NCBI GenBank assembly: GCA_976226885.1
Contig: OZ320318.1
Coordinates: 80,042,001-80,106,000, forward strand
Reading direction: 5' to 3'
Source of the DNA: Iphione sp. A-MEVVRFRX5
Lineage: Eukaryota
Length of the DNA stretch: 64,000 nt
Shown one piece after another: positions 26,846-38,720 of the stretch. The notes beneath the pieces are model-generated. The model was not told where the DNA came from. It searched no databases and was given only the letters and a program-made list of their open reading frames with translations. Made by a program: the position numbers and the translations under genes. Numbering within the stretch: the stretch's first letter is position 1; the number at the start of each line of letters is the position of its first letter.

Positions 26846-29800
26846 CTCATTAAATATCTGGAAGTGTCCATTTTTCTAGTATTCTCCTACATATGATATC
26901 AAGGGAACGCAACTTTACTAAAATCACATTGGTCTCAGAGTGCCTGTATACAGAACTACATTTGATTCTACTTCCTCCAGCCAATCTAAATGAGTAGTCT
27001 AACAGGTGTAAAATGCTGCGGGGGGTGCGGTCAGAAAGACCCTTGTATGTACACGGATTAGTGGATTTGGTCTTAAATTGGTTACTGTTCATCATAGAGA
27101 TTAATACTTTGGTTCCCAGCTACAATGGTCTGAAATCGAATTTGGTCTTAAAACGATGTGGTCTGAAATAGGGTATCGACTGCATATCGTTTTCCGTGCC
27201 GAACATGTGTTAACATTTTGTGTCCTGCAAGAAAATCGCCGATTTTTTTTCAGAAGGCAAACTGTTTTGAAGAGAAAAGACGACATTTGTAAATTATCGT
27301 CTGGGCGAAAAACGGTAATCACCGTAATCTTTCTCGGCTGTTTCACAACACTCCTCCCGAATGAGGTTACGTAAAATGAGGGAGCATACAGCGATGACGT
27401 TTTTGTAACGTTAAAAAAGTCAACGGGTCATTAAACCGTGGGAATCATTCTGTGAATAAACTTTTCGGCCCCAAAGAGGCCCTCGATAGAACAGAGTAAG
27501 ATGATTCCTAACAGAAATTAGGATCCAGAGAAAATATATTTATTTAAGTAAGAATATGCCATTTTAGAAGATGTACTATATGCCATATAATTCCAAGCAA
27601 ACTATAAATAGGCCTACTGAAGCAATCTATGTTTCATGATCAAATAACATACATGTATAGAATCCATTACTTAATGCAGCTGACTAGTGTCTATTCGATT
27701 TTTGATTCATCATCCAGACTCATCTTTCATTTTATTCGCCTGTTTGATTAACCACGTACTCTATGAACGTCATTGTTGTTCAAGCTTGCATGGTATCTCT
27801 TATTGCCTGTAAAATATGTTTATTATACCCTGTGTCTATACAGAGTGAACAAGAAATCCTGGTACCATTTACGGATTGCCAGGTAAAATATGTGAATAGG
27901 AAACAAAAATCGAATGACAGTCCCTTTTGATAACATAATCCAGACAATGCGTCTGTCTCAGAGCTTTTAGATGGAAGACAAAATAGTTCCTATGGCATAA
28001 AACACATATCCTACACACTGTCATGACACCAATTAAGTAGATTTAGACTAGACGGGAACTTCCCTTCGACTAAATAGCATGCAGTCTATGTATCTGTTCT
28101 TTCATGGACTTCATCTATACCAAAGCAATGCTAATATATGTTAAGATTCCTAACACATAATGCGATTCCATATTTCCATACCAGCATCTCCACTTTTATA
28201 CTTAGCACAAGTTTCACATGTACACGTTTTTGAGCGGACACATTTGCATTTCTGGAGGGATATTGAACTCAACTAGCTTATTCACATCCGCATGTGGACG
28301 TAACTAATGGATAGGCTTGTATTTCTCAAACCCGTCCACGAATGGGTTTAAAATGCAACATGTTCCCTGATAACATTTGAAAGCACTGCATGAGGACATG
28401 GTATTATCATCATCATTACGCACCTTAATGCTGGATACGTGAAGAACACACCATTGTGCATGAAAACTCAAACTGTACATAATAAAACCCGCCTTATTGC
28501 AATCCTAGCGACTCGCTTTTCTAAACAAAGTGCTGAGATATGAAGTTTATCACCAGCACAGAAGGTTGGTTGCTAAATGTGTCTGTGAACAGAATCGTTA
28601 TCTGTGACTGTGTGAATTTATGGTTAGATTTCGCGGTGTGACTGTGTAAACTCAAGCATCGGGTGGTCCAAGCGCCAATGAAAAACATTACCGAAGGGGG
28701 ATATCTTTACACCTCCCAGGCTAGAGTGAGTTTTTTTCACAATGGTAGCACATGTGAGAGTTCAGATATGACAGTTGAGATTAGTACCTCGTCCGTTTTT
28801 ATTTTTAATTAACTCCACAAAGATGCCGAACTTTGGCTTCAGTTTCGAAATACCAATTTCCACAATGTTTTTTGCAGAAAATCGGAAAAACGGAGGAACA
28901 ACGGAAAGCTAGATCATCTGCACGGCTCACGTCCAATTTACTTACAGTCAAATGTTTATTTACAGTCAAATGCCGCTTCTTCGAGTGTTCAACACTTAGA
29001 ATTCCTCACTATTTCGAGCAAACAAGGTAACAGTGACTTTACTATTGATACATAAGGATTCATTACTTGACCTAGTTCATTTCACCAGACTGCCTGATCG
29101 ACTGAGTACTAGACTGCTACCAGCTGATACTGGTAGAAGGGAAATATTGGTGAGTGTGTGTATGTGCATATGTGTGCATTGTCAGGTCTAGGAATTCCTA
29201 AACCAGGTATGTATGTTTGTAAGTGTGTTAGCAAAAAGTCAAATTGACATAATTTCACCTTTAAGATTCTTGAATTACTACTAAGATTACCTAGTGCCAT
29301 ATGGCCATATAAACAAATATTATATTAAAATCAGTCCTTTTGAGTGAAGAGTTTGAGAGTTATAAGACCCACAAGAATGTGAAAGAAGGTCAGGACAATC
29401 AGCCAGCAGCATTCCCAAGGTCCCCCCTTTCTATAAGGCAGGGAACGCTAATGATAGAGACTTATAAAAGACACCATGTTCTTCCTTATGGCATTACATT
29501 TCATACCTACTGACCCTAATAGTGTTCAACATGTTACTGCAAACAAGTACACTTTCCCTTATGGCTTAATGAAGCTTGGTCGCCTGAATATAGATGTGTG
29601 TAGATACATTTAGATATACGATGAGTTAGTAGTAGCTTCATAAAGTTTGTCAGTGCAGTTCAGAAATAAAGTACCTTACGTATAGGACAAAGATTTAACA
29701 CCAAATGCAATTTCTACATCTGTATACAGCTCCAACAATTCCTACTGCTCAAAAGAATGCTGGTTGCAATGGCTGCCCGCCTTAATGGCTGACGATCTGT

Positions 29801-29847
29801 ATGGCCATCCATGGTCATTTATGGCTGGTATTTTTCTGTAAATATGG

Positions 29848-29895
29848 CTAACCCTAACCCTAACCCTAATCCCAACCCTAACCCTAACCCTAACC
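29848..29895. repeat. Interstitial (CCCTAA)n telomere-like tract
   Basis: About 8 hexamers with one variant stretch. Confidence 0.9.
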
Positions 29896-30750
29896 ACAAC
29901 AGGGCATATCAACTGAACACCCTGGCCATATAAACCCGGCCATAAGTTACACCGGCCACTCTGACTGGCACCCTGCCTATGGTTTGGGGGAACAGAGTAT
30001 AACAGCAGGAGTGTATCCATGTATCTGTGTAGCATGTAGCATGTTGTATGTTTCTGTGTAGCATGTATCGAATGGGAACTATGGTTAACTAGGAAGGTGT
30101 AATTGAGGAACGCGCAACCCAGATACACATCAACACAGTAAGACTTCAAGGCACTCCATAGTGCTCCACATTGCTCTGCAGTACACCATGCTACATGGTC
30201 ACATGTATATTGAGCCTTAGGCCTGGTTTCCATTAACGCAGGAGGATGCGGAAGGGTGTGGAGGCTGTCCTGGTGCATTTGGGTTGTGCATGTGTTATGC
30301 ACTGCCCCGCACCCTTCTCTATTGAGAGCTAGTGTGTTACGGTGCTTGAGATGGTGTGAGATGGCGAAATAGCAGTGCGTGGCCATGTGTAAGTGTGTAT
30401 ATGCTGAAAATTATTGAGCATATACCAAAAATGAGGCATACACGCTCCATTTATGCATGGTTATGCACACAGACGTCTATGCACGTAGAGAAGGCTCTCT
30501 ATGGTTAAGCCTTTGCTCATAAAATACACGTCTATGCATGTCTATGCACATGCATGCTTCCGCCTAAATCTGTTGCAGGGATAAGCGAACCTATAAAAGA
30601 CCCATGTGCCATAATGTTACTGTATACTGACGTGTGTCATGGCGGCACTCAACTGAATGAATTGTTCCCACTTGGTCTAGAAGGAATACCCAAGCTTTCG
30701 AAGCTTTCGCAATAATGAGTAGTGGCTAACGGAAAAGCTACGTACATGTA

Positions 30751-31050
30751 TAGAGGATACTCCAAAACCGAACGATCGCCGTTTCCGCCAAAATCATTCG
30801 GTTTTGGGATAATTCGGATTTCGATTTTTTAGATTGTGGCAAAGTCAAGAAGGAAGTGCCGAAAAACGGCAAATTTCAAGTAGAAAGTGACGAAAAACGG
30901 CTATTTCATGGAGATTTAGGCAAATTCCATGGAGAAAGTGCACCAAAACGGCGAGCATGGGGGTTAGCATTCGGTTTTTGAGTATAATTTCAATGTATCT
31001 TAATCAAATAACAGCGTTCGGTTTCGGATTTTGAATATTTCGGATATATG
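30751..31050. mobile_element. Truncated copy of the 2145-2901 MITE family
   Basis: Shares ccaaaaccgaacgatc...ccgccaaaatc...gggataattc and ttcggatt...gaatatttcggatatatg. Confidence 0.75.
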
Positions 31051-32689
31051 TATATATGTATGTTATACTTTACCCTATTCTGCCTCAATTTTAGCTGCAG
31101 AAAATTCTCCACTTAGTTTTGCAGATGGTGCTTGACGATAAAGCTGACTAAACAGCACACGGTCACTCAAAATTCTACTAGTCCCTATGATCACGCTCAA
31201 GAAACAGTGAATCAATAATCACGTGCTAATATATATAAGACTGTATTATTCATTAACGGGAGAGAGTAAAATTATAGCACCACCACCATCCGGTTGCAAT
31301 ATTAATCTGGTTTTAAAGAGCAAAGCATTCATCTCGTTGGCTTCCTTCTGCTTGGCCAGGTGATTCAGGTGTCGAACATTCATGCAAGAGGCTGGAGGTT
31401 CACATTATGGTGTTGCCATCTCAGAAATACATGTGCATGTATCAAAAAATAATAACCTTTTAGCTGGAACCCGTGGATATCCATTCTCACATGTTAGGCC
31501 CTAATAAAGCCCTTGTATATTTCGTTGATACAGACACTTGTTCATACTACAGCAAAGATTCTGTATCTAGAAAATAGTGTTTTTTTTCGGGACCAGCGGT
31601 CAAGCACACCAGAACAACGCTAGAAGGAATAATTTTGGGAACCTATAAAATACATGTACATCACTTGTTGTAAACGTATGCCACATCCACATGCACACCC
31701 ACGAGCAACTTCCCTAACACACTCACACACACACACAATTCTAATTTCCCCTACACACACGCGCGCACATACGGACACCCGCTTCCTGCCGTCCCTTCCT
31801 GAGAACAATTGAATTGTAAATCAAATCTCGCTTGACGCTCAAATAGCCAGGTCTCACCTTACTGGAGTGACAACGGTCTGAACAGGCCTAGTCTAAGAGT
31901 CTTTCATATTAAAATAGCGACGAAAGCTGGGCTGGTTCACAGGGGGATCGTATTTGTTATCCGAGAGTTGTGTGATTTGGCCATAGAATGTTGTCTGGCT
32001 CTTCCCAGTATTCCAATTGGTGATATTATTCACATTATTTTCATACTCAAAATTCCTTGCAATCGCAGATTATCTTCGCTAATAATGCTGTTTATGGTAT
32101 TTTGATCGATTAAATAATCTTAAAATAGTAACCGTTATAACACAGTTGTGTTATACGGATGAGTAGAAGTAACGTATTTTAGAGAGACAGAAATGTTTGT
32201 TGTCGAGTCTGCAGATAAAAGAATGAAGGATACAGTGTAGTATGGTAGAACTGAGTTCTGGTATAACGCATGTGGGAGTCGGGAGTAACTAATACTGTAT
32301 TGTGCAGGGGAAAACAGTAATTCAAATGTATAATACCGGATAAAAGTAAATATGCTGCAGGACATGCACTCGTGAAGTCCTAAGGTTCTGATGTAGTGAC
32401 AGGATTGAAATAAGATAGGGGCCTCTGAGCTTTCGCCTGAGAAAACCCCTTTATTCTTAGTAGGGGTAATCTGAAAACTTGATCTCATATCGGAGTTGAT
32501 GCTTTTAACCTTTTGGACGGAGACTAATGTACGAGTTATTGGATTATAAAATGCTTTGTGCTCAATGGCACGTCAGTCTGCTCTTTGCTGAACCTGAACC
32601 TGAAACCTGATCATGTGCGTATTAATTGTCTTTGTTCATCAAAATGCACGAAGTATCACGATCTAAATAACCCTTCAAAGTAGTCTTCC

Positions 32690-33010
32690 TTCGTTATAAA
32701 AAAAAACTGTGTTTCCGGTCATATATAGAAAAAATATAGGGTTGGCAGGTCGGCGATTTTTTCCTTTTGTTCAGTGTTAATGGATCCTAAAAGACCAAAT
32801 ATGTATGGAAGTACCACCTTTACTGCTGATATTTTAATTTAACTTATATTACATGAAAGCCAGTGATGCAAGGAGCAAAATGGTGTATTGTATTAGTCTT
32901 CAGCATAATTAATTCGGAAGATATATACAAAAAAGAAACAAAATTACACCAGGCCCAAATGTAGGGTCGGTGAGGTTATCGTAAACAGAAAACATTTTAA
33001 GTCGTCCTTA
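32690..33010. mobile_element. Degenerate Harbinger-like MITE
   Basis: aaaaaaaactgtgtttccgg at left and gtagggtcggtgaggttatcgtaaacag...cctta at right resemble the ends of 49443-49767. Confidence 0.45.
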
Positions 33011-33311
33011 ATTTACTTCACTGTGCACTGATTGTTGACCTCTTAAATGTTATTTCTTTGTATTTGTACATTTTCATTTTTTCTACAGTTTCAAACAAAT
33101 GGGGAGGATCAAGTAAGTTTTACACCAAAATATGTGTATGTTGCACAAGATAAACATGGTTGCATAGTCCTCAACACTTAGCAAGTATATCATGAATATT
33201 CTGGAACATGCACTGAACAATCATAGAAAAAAGTCTAATTGGACAGGTTTTCCTCCTCTGTGTGTCTTGAAAATGAGCAACTGACTACAAAATGTTCCCA
33301 TCTCGACTCAC

Positions 33312-33386
33312 CTGGGCATCCACCGCCAGAGGGACCGAGATGACAGCTATGACCACCAGAAGGCACCACCTCACTGAGGGCATCAT
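33312..33386 (-). CDS. Signal-peptide exon, probably the first coding exon of the Ctr gene
   Basis: ATG ATG...CAG|GTGAGT encodes MMPSVRWCLLVVIAVISVPLAVDAQ: basic n-region, hydrophobic core, V-D-A cleavage motif. Phase 0 matches the acceptor at 24042. Linkage to Ctr is inferred. Confidence 0.65.
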
Positions 33387-34242
33387 GATCGGGGGTCTTC
33401 AGATAATGGTCGCAACTCGTCGGCGTATTGTTTGATGGAGGTTCGTAGTTTTTATGACGTGTGGTGACACACTAGGCCATCGAAGCAGTGTCTGCTGTCA
33501 CGTCCATGCTACACCTGTCAGAGTATCAGATGGTAATTTCATTAAAATAACTGTAATTACAAACGTTTGTCAGCCAAAGAACTTTGTGGCGTCGAAACAA
33601 CCATTTTTAAAGAGCATTTAAGGATTGAATCCCGCATGAAAGGTAACAAAAATAACTAAAACTTGTAAACGCAGATGGCAGAAATAAAATCAATTCAATT
33701 CAATCTAAATGTCACAGACTATAAGTGTCACGTAGAACTTGTTATACACCACTAAGCAGTGCCTACCATACCATTTTAAAGCACGGCTGCCATCTTTTTT
33801 TCTGTTTAGGCCTATATGAGTAACCGTGGCTGTATTTCGTATAAACCCACGGGACCATGGGCATATGTCGCACTGAAATAAAGCTGTGAAAAGACTGCTT
33901 GGGGGCGTGCAGCAGTGATTACATAAGAGTCGTGCTTACTGAAACATAACGGACACCCGGGTGAAAGAAACTTTTACCATTTATTTAAAATAGCATATTG
34001 CATGAAATAATTCTCGTTACAATATAAAATGTGACATACCAAATAAATAAATTAATATAAATTTGCAATGGAAAAACATCATGTGAATGAAAAAGACATA
34101 CAATGGCATAAGTGGAAAAGTGATATACGAAAACATACATATTAATCACAATGACATATAATAGTAATAACTGAGCCAATATTTCCAACCATTTCTTCAG
34201 AGACATGTGAAATACAAATAGATACGTTGTTCATTGGCATAA

Positions 34243-35836
34243 TTATAGCTGGACGACAACCCTTTTGCCATCTTTGATTATGGCCACCTCAAACACGTCA
34301 CTCGGTACAACCACAGTAAACATTTTGCGATCAATCATAGAGGCAATGTCTACGGTGCCTGCTGGTGGGGGGACGGTTAGTGAGTTTTCTGTTTGTGTAC
34401 TGATAGAAGTGAATTGTGAAGAGAGAGACATGTATTGTGGGTTAGGGGCTGTGTGTGAAGGGGTTTGCACATTCTCTGGATTAGATTTGGTGGATTTTGG
34501 AGGAGGCGGCTGGAGTGAGTTACTTATCCGCTTCTCCAAGTCCAAGGAGGGCCTCTTGTACAATCGTACTGCATTCGATCGATGTCCACTCCGAGAAGTG
34601 ATCGCCTGCTCATCGAATTCCTGTTCATACATAGTCGTACACAGAGTGACTTTTCCAGAATGTCCACTTATATTTCGGCCCTCTGTATCGATCCCGGCTG
34701 CCTGAAACATTGATTGCATGTATTGCGACAATTTGTTTATGCCCACATGTTGCAGACTAAAAATAACATGGCCATTGACGTTCTGCATTGGACGCCTGTA
34801 GAATCGTCCAGTGTTGGGTACACACTCAATGTACTTTTTGAAAAGCTTGACTACACATCGTTCATTTGCTGGTTGACCATAGTGACGGACGACACGGGGT
34901 GCTGCCTTGGAATTTACCTTACCAGTCACGGTTTTTGCAAGCCTTCCATTAAACTGAAGATACTCAGTACCATCTCTCTCCTTACCAAATGTATACTGTT
35001 CAACCTGAAGATTAACGTGCTCATCTTTGGCCCGAAAGCCAAAGATTTTGCAGTTGTAAAAATAGCACGCATAAGAGAGAGCCTGACCTGTGTGCATGCC
35101 AATGATACCAGATTCCCATAGTTCCACCTCCTCTTCCATGGATATGGGGTCGGCTCGTGTAGGATTACATCCAATACCTCTGGCAATGAGTACTTTTCGT
35201 CGGGCGTCGAGGGCATCCCTGAATTTCTTGAAATTCACGTCGTCTTTTTTCAAAAGCCAAATGTTGGATCTACCAAGGACATCCCGCATGTAACGCTGGA
35301 TAGAGGCAGCGATATTGGTGAGTGTGCCTGCAATATACAATATAATACCGATTCTGTTTAGGTTTGTGTGCTGGTTGGGGCCCCCCATTCCCTAGGCAAT
35401 TGGAATTGTACTTACCAGGTGGATAGTCGTCTTGATTTTGCTTGCGAATTTCGGTAATAAAGCAAGCCAACCAGTAGTCGAGGAGTGGCAAATTGTCAGT
35501 TGATAATGCAGGTACAGGCCAATTTTTGTCGAGATGTGACTTGCTGTGACCATTTCTCCAGGTCCTGCATTCTCTGTATATATTGTGGGCCCAGTTTGAG
35601 GATTGTTGTGTATTCTTGGGGATCCGGCATGCAATAGGAGCTTGAAATTCATGATCAGTTTGAACTTCACCAAAACGATTATCATGGTAATCCTCATCCA
35701 GAGACACTTGACTTTGTGATTGACAAGTAGACTGTTGACTTGGTGATTGTATAGTAGACTGCATTAGGGGAGAATATTCTTGACTTTGTGACAAATTGTA
35801 CTGTCTCTCTAACTCATCAGCTTGAGTGAGCAACAT
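34243..35836 (-). CDS. DUF3504-family tyrosine recombinase, join(35836..35416,35327..34243), 501 aa
   Basis: An 88-nt G|GTAAGT...ttgcag intron gives LDYWLACFITEIRKQNQDDYPPGTLTNIAASIQRYMR. YR motifs present: FGFRAKDEH, GHSGKVT, SRSGHRS..VRLYKR. No stops in the spliced frame; the N-terminus may be truncated. Confidence 0.9.
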
Positions 35837-35963
35837 GTCCAGTGTTGGGTACACACTCAATGTACTTTTTGAAAAGCTTGACTACACATCGTTCATTTGC
35901 TGGTTGACCATAGTGACGGACGACACGGGGTGCTGCCTTGGAATTTACCTTACCAGTCACGGT
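35837..35963. repeat. 127-bp direct copy of 34806-34932
   Basis: Base-for-base identical on inspection; offset 1031 bp. Confidence 0.95.
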
Positions 35964-36049
35964 AAACACCCACGGCAGGGTCTTAACTCCCTCGGCTTCG
36001 CCTCGGGGTTAATCCCCTGCCGTGGGTTTATTTCGCATACAGCTACACA

Positions 36050-37170
36050 CTTGTTATGTATCTATCACATACAGTACCTTATTACAACAAGATAATACCT
36101 GCTATTAAACACACAGTACCTAGCACTGAAGTATGCAGTACTTGTCACAGCAGTAAACAGGAGCTACCACACTAACTCATTATGCACATCATAAGAACAC
36201 ACTTGACAAGTTTTACACACTTGCTCAGAGTACACATTTTCACACATAGGCATCACAGCATGCTTATCACAATGGTACACAGTATGCACATCAGGCGGTA
36301 ACACAGCATGCTTTTCACAGTGGTACACAGTACAGGCCCGTAGCAAGATGATATCCTCCACAGATGCCTGGAGTTCCACATCCCTCCATTTCAGATACTA
36401 CCTGAAATTAGATAGGTGGAGGGATACAGGCAAAATTATGGCAAAATTTGTTACCAGGAGTTCCACCTTTCTAACCAGGAGTTCCACCTCTTTAAAGAGG
36501 CATTCCACTTCTCTATTTTGAAATACCCCCATAAACATTCCTGGCTACGGGCCTGCAGTATGTAAATGGAGTGCATCACATCATCACAGAATCTATTAAC
36601 CAAACTGTCACTAAACACTTGTCGCAATACAATGTAAATGGTACAGAAGTGTCAAGGTAACTTTTACCCCTTATGATTGTAACCAAGAAAACAGTAGCAA
36701 TTCCTTTGTCATAACATAATACAATATTCATCACTGCGTAATACAGTACTTATTGTAACAGAATATAGTACTTGTCACAGTAGATATAGACCTTTTGATC
36801 GTAGCATGCAGAATGTTTCACAACAGAATGTAGTCCTTGTGGCAGTGGCATGCATTATTTGTCAGAGTAACATATAGTTATCACAGAGGTACACAGTCCT
36901 TGACAGGATATCACAGGTTGTATGTCACATCAGCTGACATAGTAACACACTGTCCTTGCCACAGTAATGCACAGTTTTTGTCACGGAGGAGCATATAATC
37001 CTTGTCAGAGTAGCAAACCGATCGATACTACCAGAGGAAACAGTATCTGTCAGTGACACACAACCCTTGTCACAGTACATTGTTCTTGTCACAGCAGGAC
37101 ACCGTCCTTGTTACACACCATACACAGAGATATAGCACCTCCCACATTGTCTACAAACCCTTGTCGCAGG
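36050..37170. repeat. Degenerate minisatellite (acacagta/cttgtcacag-type units)
   Basis: Recurring cagtac...ttgtcacag motifs, interrupted by a MITE. Confidence 0.6.
36333..36555. mobile_element. hAT-like MITE with apparent 5-bp TSD (CAGTA)
   Basis: CAGGCCCGTAGC...GCTACGGGCCTG TIRs with CAGTA on both flanks. A related end lies at ~42270-42520. Confidence 0.7.
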
Positions 37171-38487
37171 CATCGGCCATAATCTTTGAAAATTCATATT
37201 GCATTCTGGTCACCTTAGCAGAGAGCAAACGAGAAATTGAGGACGGTAGCAGTCGGTATTTTTAAAACGATGAAAGGACGTTTCATCTCAGTAATATATA
37301 TTAGAAATACGCTAAGAAATCTTTGGCTGGTCGTCCGGTTATTGAAAGAAATTTGCTACATGCTAGACCTGACAACATTACCTTTTATTACGCTATCATT
37401 CCAATATTAACAAAGTGCGCCGTCGTTGGAAATCTCGCTTATTGTATCTGTTTCCTCATGTGGATATTTGTATGAAATTTTATGTATGTATGCGTGTGTG
37501 TGAATGTATGTACGTACCTGGATTTACAATGCACTGAATAGTCCTATTGTATTCCTGTGTGGCCACGTCGGTTCCCAGAGGCTACTGTGTGCAGACAGCC
37601 CGTCTGACGTTTGTTTTATTCCCGCGTGTGTATGTATGTGTGTGTGCGTGCGTGCCTACCTACCTACCTGCGTGTGTCTGTAATTCGAATTGTGCAGATG
37701 TTAGCTCAGCCAATCTGACATTGGCTTGGTGTGTATTTCACACCCTCTCAGGTCCGATGGCTAGGTCAGTCAGGATTCACCAACAGTCCTGTCGTATACC
37801 AAAGGGATTCGCTGTGGGACTTTGGTTGAAGGGTAGTGAAAGGGATGGGGGTTTGAAACAGGGAGAGGAGTTGAAGAGTAGTGAAGCGGGTGGGGTTGGA
37901 CGTGGAGGGGGGGGGGGGGCGTTGAAATAGGGCAACGCGCGACGCTTGGAGATTGAGCGGCACCTGTCACGGTAAGCTCTGGCCCGGTACGCCCTGCCAC
38001 TCACTACCCGATCCGGCCACCAAACAGCACCGACTCCCAGATGTCGCCACCCGCAGCAGCCCTAAAACTTGTAGACCCGTCCCTCAGTAAAATTGTCAGT
38101 GCAAGTTCGACAAGAGATTTAAAAAAATAAAAGTCATGCAATTCAAAAGTTTTTGAAAAAAAAACGACACGAAAGGTAACTGTTCTGCGTATAAATATAT
38201 GGACTGACAAGACGGGCGAGTATGTTCTATGGATCTTGATCAGACCATCCCATACAAATGATACTGAAATAACACCGATGTGCCACGTGCCACTGTGTGA
38301 ACCTGAGATGGCGATCATCCCGTCCCGAAACAAATTTTGCACTCTCACAATCCAGGCAGCACAGAACGTTTTCATTTTCATTTCATTTCATTGTATCTTT
38401 AACCAGGAACTAGATATTCCCAATCACATGGTAGGGCTCTTCCATATCCTCCTGGGGTAGCATACTACAATCTATTGTTGAGATTTG

Positions 38488-38720
38488 AGACCAGAATACC
38501 CGGGGTTATCCCCTACTCTTATTTCGAATAGGTTTCTGGGGTCTTTTTGTGCATAGGAGACAGAATCCTATACACCCACGGCCTTTTTATGAGTTGTGGA
38601 CCACTCTGGGTTGGGGCTCAAGTAAAACCTGTCTGGTTGTGATCAAAAGTCCCAAGCCTGGGATTGAACCTGGGACCTCTCAATCAGTGGACCAGTGCTC
38701 TACCACTGAGCTAACTCCCC
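38488..38720 (-). mobile_element. tRNA-derived SINE, second copy
   Basis: Reverse-complement homolog of 24307-24550, including A/B boxes and the ccccaacccagagtggtccacaac body. Confidence 0.85.

Larger units (their letters stand above)
33833..36039 (-). mobile_element. Crypton (tyrosine-recombinase DNA transposon)
   Basis: Terminal direct repeats TATTTCG(T/C)ATA within inverted arms, a subterminal hairpin around ctcggcttcgcctcg, and a DUF3504-type recombinase gene. Confidence 0.88.

Noticed and set aside
37966-38209. Possible solo LTR (TGTCA...TGACA)
   Set aside because: The flanks do not form a target-site duplication.
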